A stretch of DNA of 64,000 bases from Flavobacteriaceae bacterium (GCA_026988395.1 JALSLI010000013.1:9008-73007), one strand, 5' to 3'; shown: positions 17,630-28,147, counted from the stretch's first letter. Numbers and translations are program-made. The notes: generated by a model from the letters alone, not told the origin.

Positions 17630-18199
17630 ATGAAAATTTCTAAAAAAATGATTTACAATATTTTATTTTACGGGTTAATCATTTTTATTTTGATACCTTA
17701 CGGAAGACCAAAATTTTTACAAGCGATATCTTATGTAAAATCTTATATTATAAGTCCGAGTATTCCTAAAACAGAAGAACGTTTGCCTATTTCAAGTTTA
17801 AATTTAAACCTAAAAGGGATCGTAAATGCAACAGATATTAATTTACAAGACGTTAAAGGAAAAGTTGTTTTTTTGAATTATTGGGCAACTTGGTGTCCGC
17901 CTTGTCGTGCAGAAATGCCTTCCATACAACAACTTTATAATGACTATAAAGATAAAATGGTCTTCATTTTTATTACCAACGACCCAAAAGAAAAAGTAGA
18001 AAAATTTTATACTGAAAACAAACATGATTTCCCAACATACACATTAGCATCAGACCCTGCTCCGGAAATTAGCACACGCAGTTTGCCTACCACATTTATC
18101 ATAGATAAAAAGGGTAGGATTGTAACAAAAGAAGTTGGTGCCTCTAACTGGAATAGCAAAGGATATCGTAAACTATTTGATGCTTTGTTAGGCGAATAA
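17630..18199 (+). CDS. TlpA-family thiol:disulfide oxidoreductase
   Basis: 189 aa with an N-terminal anchor and WATWCPPC. Confidence 0.8.
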   Translation: MKISKKMIYNILFYGLIIFILIPYGRPKFLQAISYVKSYIISPSIPKTEERLPISSLNLNLKGIVNATDINLQDVKGKVVFLNYWATWCPPCRAEMPSIQQLYNDYKDKMVFIFITNDPKEKVEKFYTENKHDFPTYTLASDPAPEISTRSLPTTFIIDKKGRIVTKEVGASNWNSKGYRKLFDALLGE

Positions 18200-18234
18200 C
18201 TTGTGTATTTCTTAATAATACGTACTTTTGCAAA

Positions 18235-19647
18235 ATGGCAAGAAGAAAAAAAAAATCTTATATTTTCGAGAATATTGAAGTTGTTGATGCAGCGGCAAAA
18301 GGAAAAAGCGTTGCAAAAACAGATGATGGCAAAGTTATCTTTTTAACCAATGCAATTCCCGGTGATATTGTAGATATTAAAACCGGAAAAAAAAGAAAAT
18401 CATACTTTGAAGGAAAGGCAATAAAATTTCATAAACTATCTGAAAGACGTGCAAAACCGGTATGCCAACATTTTGGCGTTTGCGGTGGCTGCAAATGGCA
18501 ACATATGCAATATGATAGTCAGCTTTATTTTAAAGAAAAAGAAGTCATTCAAAACTTAAAGCGAATCGGTCATCTTGAATTACCCGAAATTACACCTATT
18601 TTAGGATGTAAAAAACAATATTTCTATCGTAATAAAATGGAGTTTTCTTTTGCAAAAAAACGTTGGCTTACCTATGAAGAAATACAAAAAGAGGAAGAAA
18701 TAGACCGTAACAACGCTTGTGGATTTCATATTTCAGGAATGTGGGATAAAATTTTAGATATCGAAAAATGTCACTTACAAGAAGAACCTTCTAACGAGAT
18801 TCGTAATTTTGTAAAAAACTTTTGTATTGATAACAATATTGAATTTTACGATCCTCGTGAACAAACCGGACTGGTACGTACTATGATGATTCGTATTTCA
18901 TCAATCGGAGAAATTATGTTGGTCATTCAATTTTTTGCCGATGATATTGCTAAAAGAGAATTGTTACTTAAAGCGATTGCCGATAAATTTAAAAACATCA
19001 CATCATTACAATACATTATCAATAATAAAGGTAACGATTCCATTTATGACCAAGATGTGATGTTATTTAAAGGAAGAGACCATATTTTTGAAGAAATGGA
19101 AGGTTTAAAATTTAAAATAAATGCCAAATCCTTTTACCAAACAAATTCAGATCAAGCATACGAATTATACAAAATTACAAGAAATTTTGCAGGATTAAAA
19201 GGAGATGAATTAGTATACGACTTATATACCGGAACCGGAACAATCGCACAGTTTGTTGCTAAAAATGCCAAAAAAGTAGTTGGTGTAGAATCGGTTCCGG
19301 AAGCAATTGCAGATGCCAAGCAAAATGCAAAAAACAACCAAATTGATAATGTAGATTTTTTTGTTGGTGATATGGCAAAAGTATTTACAAAAGAATTTAT
19401 TGAACAAAATGGCAAACCGGATATTATCATAACCGATCCGCCACGTGAAGGAATGCACAAAAAAGTAGTGGAACAAATCTTAAATATTGCACCTAAAAAA
19501 GTGGTTTATGTTAGTTGTAATTCGGCTACACAAGCAAGAGATTTAGCTATTTTAGATGAAAAATATAAAATTACCAAAACGCAAGCTGTAGATATGTTTC
19601 CGCAAACACATCACGTAGAAAATGTTGTTTTGTTAGAAAAACGTTAA
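18235..19647 (+). CDS. rlmD: 23S rRNA (uracil-C5)-methyltransferase RlmD/RumA
   Basis: 470 aa with a TRAM-like N-terminus, an Fe-S Cys cluster (CQHFGVCGGCKWQ) and the SAM motif DPPREG. Confidence 0.85.
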   Translation: MARRKKKSYIFENIEVVDAAAKGKSVAKTDDGKVIFLTNAIPGDIVDIKTGKKRKSYFEGKAIKFHKLSERRAKPVCQHFGVCGGCKWQHMQYDSQLYFKEKEVIQNLKRIGHLELPEITPILGCKKQYFYRNKMEFSFAKKRWLTYEEIQKEEEIDRNNACGFHISGMWDKILDIEKCHLQEEPSNEIRNFVKNFCIDNNIEFYDPREQTGLVRTMMIRISSIGEIMLVIQFFADDIAKRELLLKAIADKFKNITSLQYIINNKGNDSIYDQDVMLFKGRDHIFEEMEGLKFKINAKSFYQTNSDQAYELYKITRNFAGLKGDELVYDLYTGTGTIAQFVAKNAKKVVGVESVPEAIADAKQNAKNNQIDNVDFFVGDMAKVFTKEFIEQNGKPDIIITDPPREGMHKKVVEQILNIAPKKVVYVSCNSATQARDLAILDEKYKITKTQAVDMFPQTHHVENVVLLEKR

Positions 19648-19698
19648 ATCTATTAAGAATTGTAATCTCTAAAAATACAATTTACTATCTTTACACAA

Positions 19699-20184
19699 AT
19701 GACAAAACTACTAATAAAAATTACAGGCATTCTTTTTATTCTCTTTCTTACAAGTTGTGAAAGAGATGATATTTGTATTGATCCGGTTACACCAAAATTG
19801 ATTGTACGATTTTACGATAAAGACCATCCAACGGAATTAAAAAAAGTAACCGATTTACAAGTAAAAATTGATTCCCTAGATACTTTTATCCCTTATGGAA
19901 TTACCTCTGACACGGATTCTATTGCCATTCCTTTAAGAATAGATACCAATTTAACAAACTATCGTTTTATTAAAAATCACGAAGATACAACCAATGAGGT
20001 TAGCGATGATTTTACTGTTAATTACGAACGAGAATTAGAATTTGTCTCTCGTTCGTGTGGTTATAAAACCATTTTTAATAATATTTCCATTTCTAACTTA
20101 AGCAATAATTGGATAGATCATATTAGTATTAAACAACAAAATATTTTAAATGAAAAAGAAGCACATCTTTACGTTTACCATTAG
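19699..20184 (+). CDS. hypothetical lipoprotein
   Basis: 161 aa with lipobox LTSCERDD. Confidence 0.5.
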   Translation: MTKLLIKITGILFILFLTSCERDDICIDPVTPKLIVRFYDKDHPTELKKVTDLQVKIDSLDTFIPYGITSDTDSIAIPLRIDTNLTNYRFIKNHEDTTNEVSDDFTVNYERELEFVSRSCGYKTIFNNISISNLSNNWIDHISIKQQNILNEKEAHLYVYH

Positions 20185-20845
20185 TCTTATTTTGTTGTTT
20201 TCGGCATTTGGTAATGCTCAAAATGAACAAAAAACGGACAGTACAAAAATTAAAAAAATTTATGGTTTCCGTTTAGGAATAGATTTAAGCAATCCCATAC
20301 GAACAACTTTAAATAAAGATAGAAAAGCCTTTGAAATAACGGCTGATTTTAGAGTAAAACCAAATTTATTTGTTGCAGCAGAAATCGGTTATTTAGATCA
20401 ATTTGTACAAGAAGTAAAATACGATTACAACACAAAAGGACAATATGGTAAACTTGGTATTAATTATAATGTTTACAAAAATTGGTTAAATATGGATAAT
20501 GAAATTTTTGTTGGTTTACGTTATGGATACAGCAAGTTTGAACAATCTGTTAGCAATATTGTAATAAATACCGAAAACAGTTTGCCGCCGCTTTCTTTAC
20601 CGGAAACACAAACTTTTACAAATCTAAATGCCGGATGGTTAGAATTTATTTTAGGAATTAAAGCCGAAGTATATAAAAACATCTACTTAGGATTTCAACT
20701 TTCCGGAAATAAACTACTTAGTCAAAAAGAGCCGGAAACTTTTAAAAATTTATATATTCCGGGATTTAATCGTGTGTTTTTAAATAATTCCGGTTTCGGA
20801 TTTAATTATACCATTTCTTATCGAATTCCAATTCTAAAAAAATAG
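20150..20845 (+). CDS. hypothetical outer-membrane beta-barrel-like protein
   Basis: 231 aa with a signal peptide (FGNAQ) and alternating aromatic beta-strand pattern. It overlaps the previous gene by 35 nt. Confidence 0.5.
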   Translation: MKKKHIFTFTISLILLFSAFGNAQNEQKTDSTKIKKIYGFRLGIDLSNPIRTTLNKDRKAFEITADFRVKPNLFVAAEIGYLDQFVQEVKYDYNTKGQYGKLGINYNVYKNWLNMDNEIFVGLRYGYSKFEQSVSNIVINTENSLPPLSLPETQTFTNLNAGWLEFILGIKAEVYKNIYLGFQLSGNKLLSQKEPETFKNLYIPGFNRVFLNNSGFGFNYTISYRIPILKK

Positions 20846-20887
20846 TATTTCTCATCTAATCTTTTCGAAAATACAAGTCAATATTCA

Positions 20888-21601
20888 TTAAAACTGTTTA
20901 TGAACAATGAAAATCATTGGTTTTTTATGAAAATCATGTTTTTGAGATTTCCATTCTTTTACTTCTAAGGTTTTAATAAATTCCGTTTCTAAAGTAATAT
21001 CTACTGCAACACATAATTTTGTTGAAGGAGACAACACACGTAATAATTCGGAAAACATTTTATTGTTTCGGTAAGGTGTTTCAATAAAGATTTGCGATTG
21101 ATTTTTATCTTTAGACAAACGTTCTAATGCTTTTATGGCTTGCTGTCTTTCTTTGGAATCGATAGGTAAATACCCATTAAAAGCAAAATTTTGACCGTTT
21201 AATCCGGAAGCCATCATGGCCAATAAAATGGAAGAAGGACCTACCAAAGGTACAACTTTGATATTCTTTTGATGAGCAATAGAAACTACACTCGCTCCGG
21301 GATCTGCAATCGCCGGAACTCCTGCTTCAGATAATAATCCGATATTTATACCTTCATCACATACATCTAAATAATGCTGTACTTCAAATTCTTCGGCATA
21401 TTTATCTAAAGAATATAAAACCAATTCTTGTTGTGATTTTTTAGGACATAAACGTTTGATAAAACGTCTTGCTGATTTTTCATTTTCAACAATAAAATGT
21501 TTGGTCTGTTCTACTATTTTCTTAACAGAAAAAGGGAGAACTTCCAAAGGTTCATTATCACCTAAAGTTGTTGGAATTAAATATAATTTTCCTTTATGCA
21601 T
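20888..21601 (-). CDS. SAM-dependent methyltransferase, tetrapyrrole-methylase fold (RsmI-like)
   Basis: 237 aa; GLLSEAGVPAIADPG and PGPSS-like motifs. Confidence 0.65.
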   Translation of the reverse strand: MHKGKLYLIPTTLGDNEPLEVLPFSVKKIVEQTKHFIVENEKSARRFIKRLCPKKSQQELVLYSLDKYAEEFEVQHYLDVCDEGINIGLLSEAGVPAIADPGASVVSIAHQKNIKVVPLVGPSSILLAMMASGLNGQNFAFNGYLPIDSKERQQAIKALERLSKDKNQSQIFIETPYRNNKMFSELLRVLSPSTKLCVAVDITLETEFIKTLEVKEWKSQKHDFHKKPMIFIVHKQF

Positions 21602-22052
21602 TATTTAACTTGTTTGCAATATTAGAGCAAGCATTATCTAACATTTGATAAACCGCTTCAAATCCGTCTTCGCCACCATAATAAGGATCCGGAACTTCTT
21701 CTATGGGCAAATCACTTTCGCCCATAATTAATTTTACTTTTTCCTTATCGGAAGCAGTTTCTGCCATAGCAATAACATTATTATAATTTGATTTATCCAT
21801 TACATAAATAATATCAAAATCTTTAAAATCTTGTTTTCTAAATTGTCTTGCTCTATGGTTTTTAAGGTTAATCTGATGTTTTTCGGCAACTTCTATCAAT
21901 CTGGAGTCCGGTAATTCACCTGCGTGCCAGGCACCTGTTCCTGCAGAATCTACAAAAACCGTATCGGAAATAATTTTCGATTTTAAAATCCCTTCCGCTA
22001 AAGGAGATCGACAGATATTCCCTAAACAAACCATTAAGATTTTGGTTTTCAT
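21594..22052 (-). CDS. low-molecular-weight protein-tyrosine phosphatase
   Basis: 152 aa with the P-loop CLGNICRSP. Confidence 0.85.
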   Translation of the reverse strand: MKTKILMVCLGNICRSPLAEGILKSKIISDTVFVDSAGTGAWHAGELPDSRLIEVAEKHQINLKNHRARQFRKQDFKDFDIIYVMDKSNYNNVIAMAETASDKEKVKLIMGESDLPIEEVPDPYYGGEDGFEAVYQMLDNACSNIANKLNNA

Positions 22053-22063
22053 TATTCCGGAAA

Positions 22064-23494
22064 TTACATGGTTAACTTTTTGGTCAATTCTTCAACATAA
22101 AGTCTAAATTGCCTATCGGTTTCGGTTAAATTATTTACCGTTTTACAGGCATGTAATACGGTAGCGTGATCTCTACTACCAATTTGCGAGCCAATACTAG
22201 CCAAAGATGCCTTGGTTAATCTTTTGGCAAAATACATTGCCAATTGTCTTGCTTGAACAATATCTCTTTTTCTGGTTTTAGATTGTAAAGTACTTACATC
22301 CATTTCAAAATACTTAGAAACTACTTTTTGGATGTAATCAATAGAAACTTCTTTCTTTGTATTTTTTATAAATTTATTTACAATTTGTTTGGCTAAATGC
22401 AAAGTAAATTCTCTTTTATTAAAAGATGATTGTGCAATCATAGATATTAAAACACCTTCTAATTCACGTACATTTGCTTTTATATTTTTTGCAATATATT
22501 CTATAATTTCTTCCGGCATTTCAACGCCATCACGATATAATTTATTTTGTAATATTGAAATTCTAGTTTCGTAATCCGGTGCCTGCAATTCGGCAGATAA
22601 TCCCCATTTAAAACGCGATAGCAAGCGTTGCTCCATATCTTGCATATCTACCGGAGCCTTATCGGATGTTAAAATAACTTGCTTTCCATTTTGATGTAAA
22701 TGGTTAAAAATATGGAAAAACACATCTTGTGTACCTTTTTTGCCGGATAAAAACTGTACATCATCTACAATTAACACATCGATCATTTGATAGAAATGTA
22801 TAAAATCATTTCTGGTATTATTCTTTACCGAATCAATATATTGTTGAATAAAAAGTTCGGTAGAAATATACAACACTGTTTTTTCGGGATATTTATCTTT
22901 AACACTTACACCAATTGCATGAGCTAAATGTGTTTTGCCTAAACCAACACCTCCATAAATTAGTAACGGATTAAACGAGGTTCCTCCGGGTTTATTCGCT
23001 ACGGCAATTCCTGCCGATCTTGCTAACCTATTTGAATCACCTTCAATAAAATTATCAAAATTATAATTGGGATTTAATTGCGATTCTATTTTTACCTTTT
23101 GTATTCCCGGAATTACAAATGGATTACGCAATTCACGCTTATCGATATCTAAAGGAACCGTTATGCCTTGTGAATATAAAGGTTTCCTGTTTGAACTAGG
23201 AATTTTTACAGTATGTGCTTTTTTACTACTGTATGTATTTTCCATTTTTACATCATAAATCAGCTTCGCATCTTCACCTAATACTTTAACCAATGCAACT
23301 CGTAAAATTTTAATATAGTGTTCTTCTAACCATTCGTAAAAAAAACGACTTGGTACTTGAATGGTTAATGAGTTTCCAACAAGTTTTATGGGTTTAATTG
23401 GTACAAACCATGTTTTAAAGGCTTGCGGTTTAATATTATCTTTAATAAAAGATAAGCACTCATTCCAAACTTGTAAGGCATCGTTGTTATCCAT
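22064..23494 (-). CDS. dnaA: chromosomal replication initiator protein DnaA
   Basis: 476 aa with Walker A GGVGLGKTHL and the C-terminal DNA-binding region (RDHATVLHA). Confidence 0.95.
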   Translation of the reverse strand: MDNNDALQVWNECLSFIKDNIKPQAFKTWFVPIKPIKLVGNSLTIQVPSRFFYEWLEEHYIKILRVALVKVLGEDAKLIYDVKMENTYSSKKAHTVKIPSSNRKPLYSQGITVPLDIDKRELRNPFVIPGIQKVKIESQLNPNYNFDNFIEGDSNRLARSAGIAVANKPGGTSFNPLLIYGGVGLGKTHLAHAIGVSVKDKYPEKTVLYISTELFIQQYIDSVKNNTRNDFIHFYQMIDVLIVDDVQFLSGKKGTQDVFFHIFNHLHQNGKQVILTSDKAPVDMQDMEQRLLSRFKWGLSAELQAPDYETRISILQNKLYRDGVEMPEEIIEYIAKNIKANVRELEGVLISMIAQSSFNKREFTLHLAKQIVNKFIKNTKKEVSIDYIQKVVSKYFEMDVSTLQSKTRKRDIVQARQLAMYFAKRLTKASLASIGSQIGSRDHATVLHACKTVNNLTETDRQFRLYVEELTKKLTM

Positions 23495-23569
23495 TTCTTT
23501 TTCGCAGGTTCTTAGGGGTTTTTAGCTGATTTTTTTTAAGAATATTACTCTTAATTTCGAATACAAAAA

Positions 23570-23578
23570 TGTGAATAA
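23570..23578. promoter_or_regulatory. DnaA-box-like 9-mer (TGTGAATAA, reverse complement TTATTCACA)
   Basis: One mismatch to TTATCCACA. It sits in the AT-rich 343-nt region upstream of dnaA. Two weaker TTATCC(C) sites lie at 23784 and 23805. Confidence 0.3.
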
Positions 23579-23837
23579 TTTTCAGTATAAAAAAATATTT
23601 TAGCTATTGTTTTTTAAGTATTTTTTTCGTATAGATAGATACGATATTTTCAACTTGTTTAAAATCAAAAAAGTAAACTTACTTATAAAAATAATTCCGT
23701 TAACTATAAATTTTAATTTACTTTATAGAAAACGGAATTTTCACTACTAAATTGTTAATAAACTTAATTATTTTGAAAATTTTTTATCCCTAAATAAACG
23801 TTTTTTATCCCAAATAATTTCTTTAAAAATAATTCGT

Positions 23838-24665
23838 TTAATTATTCCCTAAAATTAAAGGCAGCCCTTCTTTTCCTCCAATAATTACGGTTTTTGCATT
23901 AGGAGATTCTGATAGTTTTATTGTTGCTTCAATACCTTTGTCTTTTAAAATTTTATCTGTTAATGATGCACTTAAAATACGGTTTGCATCTGCTTTTCCT
24001 TGTGCTTCGATACGCTGTTTTTCTGCTTCTTTACGTGCTTTTTGCAATCTAAATTCATATTCTAAAGACTCTTGTTCTTGTCCTAATTTTCGTTCAATTG
24101 CATCCTTAATCGTTTTAGGAAGCGTAACATCTCTAACTAAGACAGATAATAATTCAATGTGTTTATTGTCTAATATTTTTTTTGTTTCTGCATCAATTTC
24201 ACTCTGAATAGCATCTCTTTTTGAGGAGTAAATTTGTTCAGGAGTATATCTTCCGACTACACTACGAGCAGCAGAGCGAATTGCAGGTTTTATTACGCGT
24301 TCTAAATAATTTTTACCAATACTTTTATGTAATAAACCTAATTCATCTTCATTTGGTTTATACCAAACGGAAGCATCTAATTTAATATCTAACCCATTAG
24401 ACGATAAGACTTTCATTGGCTCAAAAAGCTCTTGCTGACGTACTTCATATTTAAAAACTTTATTCCAAGGTAAAACAAAGTGAAATCCTTCGTCTAAAGG
24501 TGGTTTGTCTGTTACAACTCCTCCTCCGAAGGTACGGTATAAAACACCTCTTTCACCGGAACCTATGGTTACGGTTGATTTAGAGATAAATATTAAGGCA
24601 ATTACAATTAGGAAAACGATTCCTATAATTCCTTTTGGTAATTGTGGTGTTTGATTCTTTTGCAT
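23838..24665 (-). CDS. SPFH/band-7 (prohibitin/HflC-like) membrane protein
   Basis: 275 aa with an N-terminal TM helix, an SPFH core and a coiled-coil region (QKARKEAEKQRIEAQGKADA). Confidence 0.8.
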   Translation of the reverse strand: MQKNQTPQLPKGIIGIVFLIVIALIFISKSTVTIGSGERGVLYRTFGGGVVTDKPPLDEGFHFVLPWNKVFKYEVRQQELFEPMKVLSSNGLDIKLDASVWYKPNEDELGLLHKSIGKNYLERVIKPAIRSAARSVVGRYTPEQIYSSKRDAIQSEIDAETKKILDNKHIELLSVLVRDVTLPKTIKDAIERKLGQEQESLEYEFRLQKARKEAEKQRIEAQGKADANRILSASLTDKILKDKGIEATIKLSESPNAKTVIIGGKEGLPLILGNN

Positions 24666-24733
24666 TATTGTTATTTGTTATTTGTTATTTGTTATTTGTT
24701 ATTTGTTATTTGTTATTTGTTATTTGTTATTTA
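24666..24733. repeat. heptanucleotide microsatellite (TTATTTG)8 plus 2 degenerate units
   Basis: Counted directly: perfect units span 24671-24726, with degenerate units on both sides. It abuts the SPFH start codon (24663-24665). Confidence 0.95.
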
Positions 24734-24766
24734 TAAGTCGTTGAAAAACATAATTTGTTACATAAT

Positions 24767-26785
24767 CTAAATAAAACCTTTGTACTTTCTAATAAACCAT
24801 TCTAGTGTTACTAAAAGAGCAATGACACCTAACAAGATGCGCCAATCTATTAATGATTTTTTTCTAATTATTTCTTTTTGGATGGTTTTAAAGTTATTAT
24901 TCCGGTTTAATGTTGTAATTAACTCTTTTGTTTGATTTGGATAAAAAACAATACCGGAATTGCTTTGGGCTAATTGTTTTAATTCTTTATAATTACCGGA
25001 TAAATTCTGTTGCTCCATTTCAAAATTTAAAATTGTAAAGCTACCTGATTTATGTACTTTTTTTAAATCGTCATAGACTGAAAAATGATAATTTCCCGGA
25101 CTTAAATCAGACAGTACAACTTGATAATAATTCGATTCTAAAGCAAATGGATATGTCCAATTTTTATTAGCATTTGAGATTTTAATCCATAATTTAGCCT
25201 TTGGATTAAAGCGGTAATTTACATCAAATATTTGTGCTTTTATACCAATTGGTTCATTAGAAAAATAGGTATTTTTAAAATCAATTTCTAAAAAATCACC
25301 TTTATTTTCGGATGCCAAATACTGCATGGATTTATTGATAAAAGTATCAAAATCTTTAAAATTGTGTTTGTTCTTACCTTCATAGATTCTCCAACGCCAA
25401 GCATTTTCCCCAAAGAGAGCAATAAAACGTTGAGTGTTTTTTGTGAAAGTTGCCATTAAAGGCTGCTCTGTGGTAAAATTATTTATTTTTTGAAACAACA
25501 AAGTTTCGTATGGAACAAAAAATGTTATTTCACCAAATTTATCTTCTAAAGGCGGATAGTTATCAAATCCGATATCATCCAGTAAAAAAGCACTAAATGA
25601 TTTATTAAATACAGGATTATAATCTTCCTTTTTATTAACAAAATCACGTTTAAAAAGAGATTGAAAATTATTTAATGCATTCCAATTTGTATGTGTTCCT
25701 GTTACAAAAAAGATATTTTTTTTTGCATTTAACAGTTTGTTTATAATTGTTTTAAAAGTGGCATTTGGTTGGTATAAAATAACTGATTTATACTTGCTCA
25801 ATTTTATGTTATCGGTAGGTTTTTTAAGGATTAATTTACGCTGTTCATTAGTTTCTATTGCACGTTTAAACATGGCAATATCAGGATGAATAATATCGGA
25901 TATTAAAAGGATTTTTGCTTGTTCTGAAATAACATTTACAGTAAAATATTTTTTATTATTACGCTTGTTTTTTTCATTTTTTATTCCTGAAACAGTTGCT
26001 AAATAATGGTGTAATCCGGTTTTATTAGCCGGTAAATATAAAGATAAATGTTTGGAATTGTTATTTTTACCAAGTTTAAATTTCTGACTAAAAATAATGT
26101 TGTTCCCTTCTGTTATTTTAAAGGTAAACGGAATGTTTTCTTTTTCTCCTTGATATACAACAAAAACTTCAACAGGAAATTTATGCTTTAAATAGGCATA
26201 TTTATTTGCATTTAATCTATCGATAAAAACGTCTTGAAAGGTCGTTGTATCTCCAATGACAATTGGATAAATTGCAAGTTTTGTTTTATAAAATTGATAC
26301 GGATTTCCTATGGTTTGATTTCCATCAGAAATTAAGATTATTGGTGATTTCTCATTTAAAGAAATCGATTTTATTGTTTGTAATGCATGCCTGATATTTG
26401 TTTCGTTTCCGGTAAACGATAAGGAATCTAAAGGGGTTACTACTTTGGAAAAAGCATAAAATTGCATGTTAAATTTATTCGATAAAGCTTGTTCCTTTTT
26501 TAATTTATCAATTATATTATAAACAGCATTAGATTTACCTTCTAAAGAAATCGATTTTGAATTATCTACAAGCACAAATAGATTAGGCTTATGATTTTCT
26601 AAAATCCTTTTGGTTACTTTTAAATTAAATAACAATAGGAAAATAAAAAAAAAGGATACAGCTCGTAAACCAAATAAAATCCAATTTATTTTAGATTTCT
26701 TTTTATTGTTATATAGATATAAAAAAGCAGCAAGTAATAATGCTATTACTGCCGCTATTAAAATATAAAATATGTTATTGTTCAT
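24767..26785 (-). CDS. membrane-anchored vWA-like domain protein (hypothetical)
   Basis: 672 aa with two N-terminal TM helices followed by a MIDAS-like VLVDNSKSIS motif, and a C-terminal TM helix. Confidence 0.5.
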   Translation of the reverse strand: MNNNIFYILIAAVIALLLAAFLYLYNNKKKSKINWILFGLRAVSFFFIFLLLFNLKVTKRILENHKPNLFVLVDNSKSISLEGKSNAVYNIIDKLKKEQALSNKFNMQFYAFSKVVTPLDSLSFTGNETNIRHALQTIKSISLNEKSPIILISDGNQTIGNPYQFYKTKLAIYPIVIGDTTTFQDVFIDRLNANKYAYLKHKFPVEVFVVYQGEKENIPFTFKITEGNNIIFSQKFKLGKNNNSKHLSLYLPANKTGLHHYLATVSGIKNEKNKRNNKKYFTVNVISEQAKILLISDIIHPDIAMFKRAIETNEQRKLILKKPTDNIKLSKYKSVILYQPNATFKTIINKLLNAKKNIFFVTGTHTNWNALNNFQSLFKRDFVNKKEDYNPVFNKSFSAFLLDDIGFDNYPPLEDKFGEITFFVPYETLLFQKINNFTTEQPLMATFTKNTQRFIALFGENAWRWRIYEGKNKHNFKDFDTFINKSMQYLASENKGDFLEIDFKNTYFSNEPIGIKAQIFDVNYRFNPKAKLWIKISNANKNWTYPFALESNYYQVVLSDLSPGNYHFSVYDDLKKVHKSGSFTILNFEMEQQNLSGNYKELKQLAQSNSGIVFYPNQTKELITTLNRNNNFKTIQKEIIRKKSLIDWRILLGVIALLVTLEWFIRKYKGFI

Positions 26786-26842
26786 TTAATTCTTCTCTTA
26801 ATTTTAACAAAAATAAGATTTTAAATGAATTAACTGTGTGTC

Positions 26843-27289
26843 TTACGCTTTTTCTTTAGGTAAACTTTCTAACCAAACCAACATACTCGATAAAATTGCA
26901 TTATCTGTATTGGAGGTGTCTTTTAATTTTACAACAACTTCCTCTCCGTTAGCATTGGTATATTTAATTGTTTGGTTATCATTATAAGTAAAAGATGGCG
27001 ATATGTCTTTAAAGTCTTTGTCTTTAACGATAAATTCTTTATAACCTTTATCCCAAGTTGAAAAATAAAACGAATATAATTTTGTTTTTTTTGTATTCAA
27101 ATCAGTCACTTCTATTTGACCTTCATAAAAATACTGTTTATTTTTGGTCATATACATGCCTTTAGCGATATTTACTTGACTTTCTTGGTAGTCATTTAAG
27201 TACAACTCGTAATTATCGGTTATTAATCGCTGACTAAAGACCATTACGGAAAATAGCAATAATAATAAGGTAATTGTTTTTGTTTTCAT
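26843..27289 (-). CDS. hypothetical secreted protein
   Basis: 148 aa with a signal peptide and no recognised motif. Confidence 0.45.
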   Translation of the reverse strand: MKTKTITLLLLLFSVMVFSQRLITDNYELYLNDYQESQVNIAKGMYMTKNKQYFYEGQIEVTDLNTKKTKLYSFYFSTWDKGYKEFIVKDKDFKDISPSFTYNDNQTIKYTNANGEEVVVKLKDTSNTDNAILSSMLVWLESLPKEKA

Positions 27290-27356
27290 CTCTTTTTCTT
27301 TTTATAATTCATAGCTTTCAATAAATGTGCCAAAATAAATTGCTATACCAAAAAAT

Positions 27357-28103
27357 TTAAGTTAGCATACCACCATCAACGTTTAATGTTTGACCGGTAA
27401 TATAATCGGACATATCACTTGCTAAAAACACGCATGCATTTGCAATATCTTCCGGCTTTCCTCCTCTTTTTAAAGGAATTGCTTTTCGCCATTCATTAAC
27501 AGTATTTTCATCTAGTTTAGCAGTCATTTCTGTTTCGATAAATCCTGGAGCAATTGCATTACAACGAATGTTACGAGAACCTAGTTCTAAAGCTACTGAT
27601 TTTGTAAAACCTAATATTCCGGCTTTAGATGCGGCATAATTTGCCTGACCTGCATTTCCTTTAACACCAACAACTGAACTCATATTAATGATAGAGCCTT
27701 TTCGTTGTTTCATCATTGGTCTAATTACAGCTTTGGTTAAATTAAAAACGGATTTTAAATTAATTTCAATTACTTTATCGAAATCCGCTTCACTCATTCG
27801 CATTAATAAATTATCTTTAGTTATTCCGGCGTTATTTATAAGCACATCTACCGAACCAAATTCTTTAAGAACATTGGCAACAAAATCTTGAGCTGCATTA
27901 AAATCTGCTGCATTAGATTGATAACCTTTGGCTTTTACACCGTAACTTTGTAATTCTTTTTCCAATTCATTTGCAGCTTCAACAGACGAATTGTACGTAA
28001 ATGCTACATTCGCACCATTTTTAGCAAAAACTTGTGCAATTCCTTTACCAATTCCTCTGGTTGCACCGGTAATAATTACATTTTTATCTTGAAGTAAATT
28101 CAT
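27357..28103 (-). CDS. fabG: 3-oxoacyl-ACP reductase FabG
   Basis: 248 aa; SDR motifs TGATRGIG, NNAG, YAASKAG. Confidence 0.9.
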   Translation of the reverse strand: MNLLQDKNVIITGATRGIGKGIAQVFAKNGANVAFTYNSSVEAANELEKELQSYGVKAKGYQSNAADFNAAQDFVANVLKEFGSVDVLINNAGITKDNLLMRMSEADFDKVIEINLKSVFNLTKAVIRPMMKQRKGSIINMSSVVGVKGNAGQANYAASKAGILGFTKSVALELGSRNIRCNAIAPGFIETEMTAKLDENTVNEWRKAIPLKRGGKPEDIANACVFLASDMSDYITGQTLNVDGGMLT

Positions 28104-28147
28104 TTTTTATCGTTTTATTTTTCAAAAATACATTAAATAAAATTGTT

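Noticed and set aside
19152-19476. Two minus-strand ORFs (102 and 84 aa) inside rlmD
   Set aside because: They are antisense to a gene with unambiguous RlmD motifs. The same reasoning applies to the other short within-gene ORFs in the track (for example 1488-1965, 11696-12911, 29835-30413, 35400-35873).
24666-24733. Tandem repeat considered as a CRISPR array
   Set aside because: The units are 7 nt with no spacers, so this is a microsatellite and not a repeat-spacer array. No cas genes are present in the window.
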